DNA of 64,000 nucleotides from an uncultured Clostridia bacterium (lineage in GTDB: Bacteria; Bacillota; Clostridia; TANB77; CAG-508). How positions within the stretch are numbered: position 1 is the stretch's first letter; each line of letters begins with the position of its first letter. Shown here in pieces: positions 61,630-64,000 of the stretch. The DNA is taken from the NCBI GenBank assembly GCA_947581825.1, contig CANPVP010000007.1, positions 7,543 to 71,542 on the forward strand, in the 5' to 3' direction. The notes under the pieces were generated by a model that was given only the letters and a program-made list of their open reading frames with translations, had not been told where the DNA came from and searched no databases. The translations under genes were made by a program, and so were the position numbers.

Positions 61630-62355
61630 TTAATAAATTGATATTATTGCATGAGTTGTAGCTAAATCATCACTTTTAATAGTAACAATATGTTTACCAT
61701 CAGAATTAGAATAAAAACATTTTATCTTATTAGGATATCTAAGTTGTCTTTTATAAATTATTTCTATTGTACTTGTATCAAGGCTAGAATATACATCTAA
61801 AGGTAAAGCTTCATAAGCAAAGTCTAAATAACAAAGATTATTTACATGACTGTTTAAATCTATATCTCTTCTTTGAATATCATATTCGAAAGTTAAAGAA
61901 GAATTTTCTGGTTCTTGCATTTTTTCATCAATATTAATTTCAAATACACTTTTATCTAGTATTCCGTAAGCATTACGCATTTCAGGTGAAATTCTTTCTA
62001 AAGTATGTGTTGTATAATTTGTTAATGCCCATTTAGATGATGCTTTGCAAATTATATTATTATTTGAATCATATATTTCAAAATCACGATAAGAAGAAGC
62101 TTTAGAAATCATTCTTGCCCAAGTTTTAATATGTAAAACCTCAGAGATAAGAGGTCTTCTTAAAATTTGTACTTTCCAATTAAGAAGGACCCAAGAAAGG
62201 TTAGTGCTAGAAATATTCTCAAAACCATATCCGATAGCTTCTGCATGATCATTAGCAATGTCTTGTAAATATTTAAGAAAACCTTTTGTAGTTAATCTGT
62301 TGGAAGAGTCAATTTCCCAATATCTAATTTTTAAATCTTTTTCAAATACGCACAT
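61630..62355 (-). CDS. Acyl-ACP thioesterase (FatA/B-like, double hot-dog).
   Basis: 241 aa. C-terminal-domain motif DIDLNSHVNNLCYLDFAYE matches the D-x-D-x-N-x-HVNN-x-x-Y signature of acyl-ACP thioesterases. Confidence 0.7.
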   Translation of the reverse strand: MCVFEKDLKIRYWEIDSSNRLTTKGFLKYLQDIANDHAEAIGYGFENISSTNLSWVLLNWKVQILRRPLISEVLHIKTWARMISKASSYRDFEIYDSNNNIICKASSKWALTNYTTHTLERISPEMRNAYGILDKSVFEINIDEKMQEPENSSLTFEYDIQRRDIDLNSHVNNLCYLDFAYEALPLDVYSSLDTSTIEIIYKRQLRYPNKIKCFYSNSDGKHIVTIKSDDLATTHAIISIY

Positions 62356-62514
62356 TTAAATCATCCTTTCGATTTCAAAGTATATCACCACAAAAAATAA
62401 ATGTAAAGAAAAATAATGTTACATAAGTTTGAAATTTAGGTAAAAAATATCGACAAGTTTTTATATTTATGATATAGTATAAAAAAATATCAGGTTTTAG
62501 AGGTTGGAGGACTT

Positions 62515-64000
62515 ATGGAGAGAGGAAGAAGATATTACGAAGAACCGAAATTAAATGTAAAAAAGGTAATAGCAGTAATTATTGCAATACTAGTAATAAT
62601 TATGTTTGTTATAGCTTTAAATAAATTAATAAAAAAAGAAAAAACACATGAAGCTTTTAGCAAAAAATATTATTTCCCAGTATATACAAATAAAAAATGG
62701 GGAGTAATTGATAATAATGGAGATATAATAATCGAGCCAACATATGAAGAATACATAATTATTCCAAATGATGAAAAAGACGTTTTTATTTGTACATATG
62801 ATGTTGATTATAATAAAAACACATATAAAACTAAGGTGATAAATGCAAATAATGAAGAAATAATTTCAGGATATAAAAAAATAGAGCCAATATATAACTA
62901 TGATGAGAGCAATAATATATTCTTTGATGACAATATATTATTGGTGGAAAAAGACAATAAATATGGTTTAATAGATTATGAAGGAAAAGTAATTTTAAAT
63001 TGTGATTATGATGGAATAGAAGCTCTTAAAAAGATAGAAAATAGTTTTATAATAAAAAAAGATAATAAGCAAGGAATTGTAGATGCTAAAGGCAAAATAA
63101 TAATAGAACCAACATACAAAGAAATTAAGTCTATTGGAGATAATTATCAAAATGGATATATAGTTATAAATGAAAAAAACAAATATGGTGTAATTGATTT
63201 TACAGGAAATCAAGTACTAGAAAATAAATATGATGACATATCTCAAGTATATGGAAACAATATGTACATAATACAAGAGAATGGAAAATATAAGCTTATA
63301 AAAAAATCAGGAGAAACAGTTTTAAAAGATTTTGATTCAATAAAATCAATTGATGATGAAAGAATAATTATAAAAGAAGATGGCAAATACGGAATAAAAA
63401 ATATTAGTGGAAAAGAGGTAGTTCCTGCAAAATATCAGGACTTAGAATATACATTTTCAAATTATTACATAGCAAAAAAAGATGGTAAATATGGAATAAT
63501 AGATACTGATGGTAAGGAAATGTTAAAATTTAACTATGAAAATATAACATATAGAAATGTAGCAAATTTTTTTGAAGCTGAGAAAAAAGGAGAATCAAAT
63601 ACAATAATAATTGATTCGAATTTCAAAGAAAAAGTTAAAGGCTATATTAGTGAAGTAAATCTTGAAAAGGGATATTTTAGAATAAAAGTAGATGGAGAAT
63701 ATAAATATTACAACTTTAAGTTTGAAGAAAAGGAATCAAAAGAAATATTAACAGACAATAATTTGTTCTTAAGTAAAAAAGACAATAAATATGGATTTGT
63801 TGATAAAGCAGGAAATGTGGTTGTTGATTACATTTATGATGATGCAAGAGAACAAAATGCATATGGATTTGTAGCAGTAAATAAAGATGGATTATGGGGC
63901 AGCTTAGATAAAAATGGAAATATAATAGTAGAACCAAAATATACTTTAAAATTTAACGTATATGAAAACTTTATTGGAAAGTGGCATATTAGCGAAGATT
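62515..64000 (+). CDS. Membrane-anchored WG-repeat (KWGxID/KYGxID beta-repeat) protein, 3'-partial at the window edge.
   Basis: RBS aggttggagg. N-terminal TM helix VIAVIIAILVIIMFVIAL. At least 8 repeats of about 35-40 aa containing KWGVIDNNGDIII, KYGLIDYEGKVIL, KQGIVDAKGKIII, KYGVIDFTGNQVL, KYGIIDTDGKEML and similar. Confidence 0.75.
   Translation, partial: MERGRRYYEEPKLNVKKVIAVIIAILVIIMFVIALNKLIKKEKTHEAFSKKYYFPVYTNKKWGVIDNNGDIIIEPTYEEYIIIPNDEKDVFICTYDVDYNKNTYKTKVINANNEEIISGYKKIEPIYNYDESNNIFFDDNILLVEKDNKYGLIDYEGKVILNCDYDGIEALKKIENSFIIKKDNKQGIVDAKGKIIIEPTYKEIKSIGDNYQNGYIVINEKNKYGVIDFTGNQVLENKYDDISQVYGNNMYIIQENGKYKLIKKSGETVLKDFDSIKSIDDERIIIKEDGKYGIKNISGKEVVPAKYQDLEYTFSNYYIAKKDGKYGIIDTDGKEMLKFNYENITYRNVANFFEAEKKGESNTIIIDSNFKEKVKGYISEVNLEKGYFRIKVDGEYKYYNFKFEEKESKEILTDNNLFLSKKDNKYGFVDKAGNVVVDYIYDDAREQNAYGFVAVNKDGLWGSLDKNGNIIVEPKYTLKFNVYENFIGKWHISED

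Overview
AT-rich (about 28-30% GC) chromosomal segment from a low-GC Gram-positive bacterium that looks Clostridia-like. The first 36 kb holds two tandem, colinear paralogous giant genes: gene 1 runs off the 5' window edge with more than 5,285 codons visible, and gene 2 is complete at 20,040 nt (6,679 aa). Both encode fibrillar cell-surface adhesin-like proteins built from dozens of SpaA/Cna-B-type isopeptide domains (recurring E-x-x-AP-x-GY motifs) and SdrD-B-like domains, with conserved 7-Cys inserts and a conserved C-terminal membrane anchor preceded by an ITAETGEN motif. Neither has a canonical LPXTG. Gene 2 has an N-terminal signal peptide, a slightly GC-richer head domain and a roughly 270-aa E/K-rich coiled coil. 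The paralogs share large near-identical nucleotide patches, and gene 1 carries a 2.46-kb internal tandem duplication. The rest is a housekeeping backbone: ttcA-like(-), tRNA-Arg(CCU), tadA, a membrane hypothetical, a small GC-rich membrane peptide(-), a short-form SRP RNA with a consensus sigma-A promoter, dnaX-ybaB-recR, rpoB-rpoC, an LCP-family protein, mecA(-), a small membrane protein, radC-mreB-mreC-mreD-PBP2-minC, an HD-like hypothetical where minD/minE would be expected, a D,D-carboxypeptidase(-), a frameshifted comEA, an acyl-ACP thioesterase(-) and a WG-repeat protein that runs off the 3' end. rpoB-rpoC is detached from its usual ribosomal-protein flanks. A roughly 73-nt structured element occurs twice, flanking the dnaX-ybaB-recR cluster. 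No CRISPR arrays, transposases or integrases were seen.
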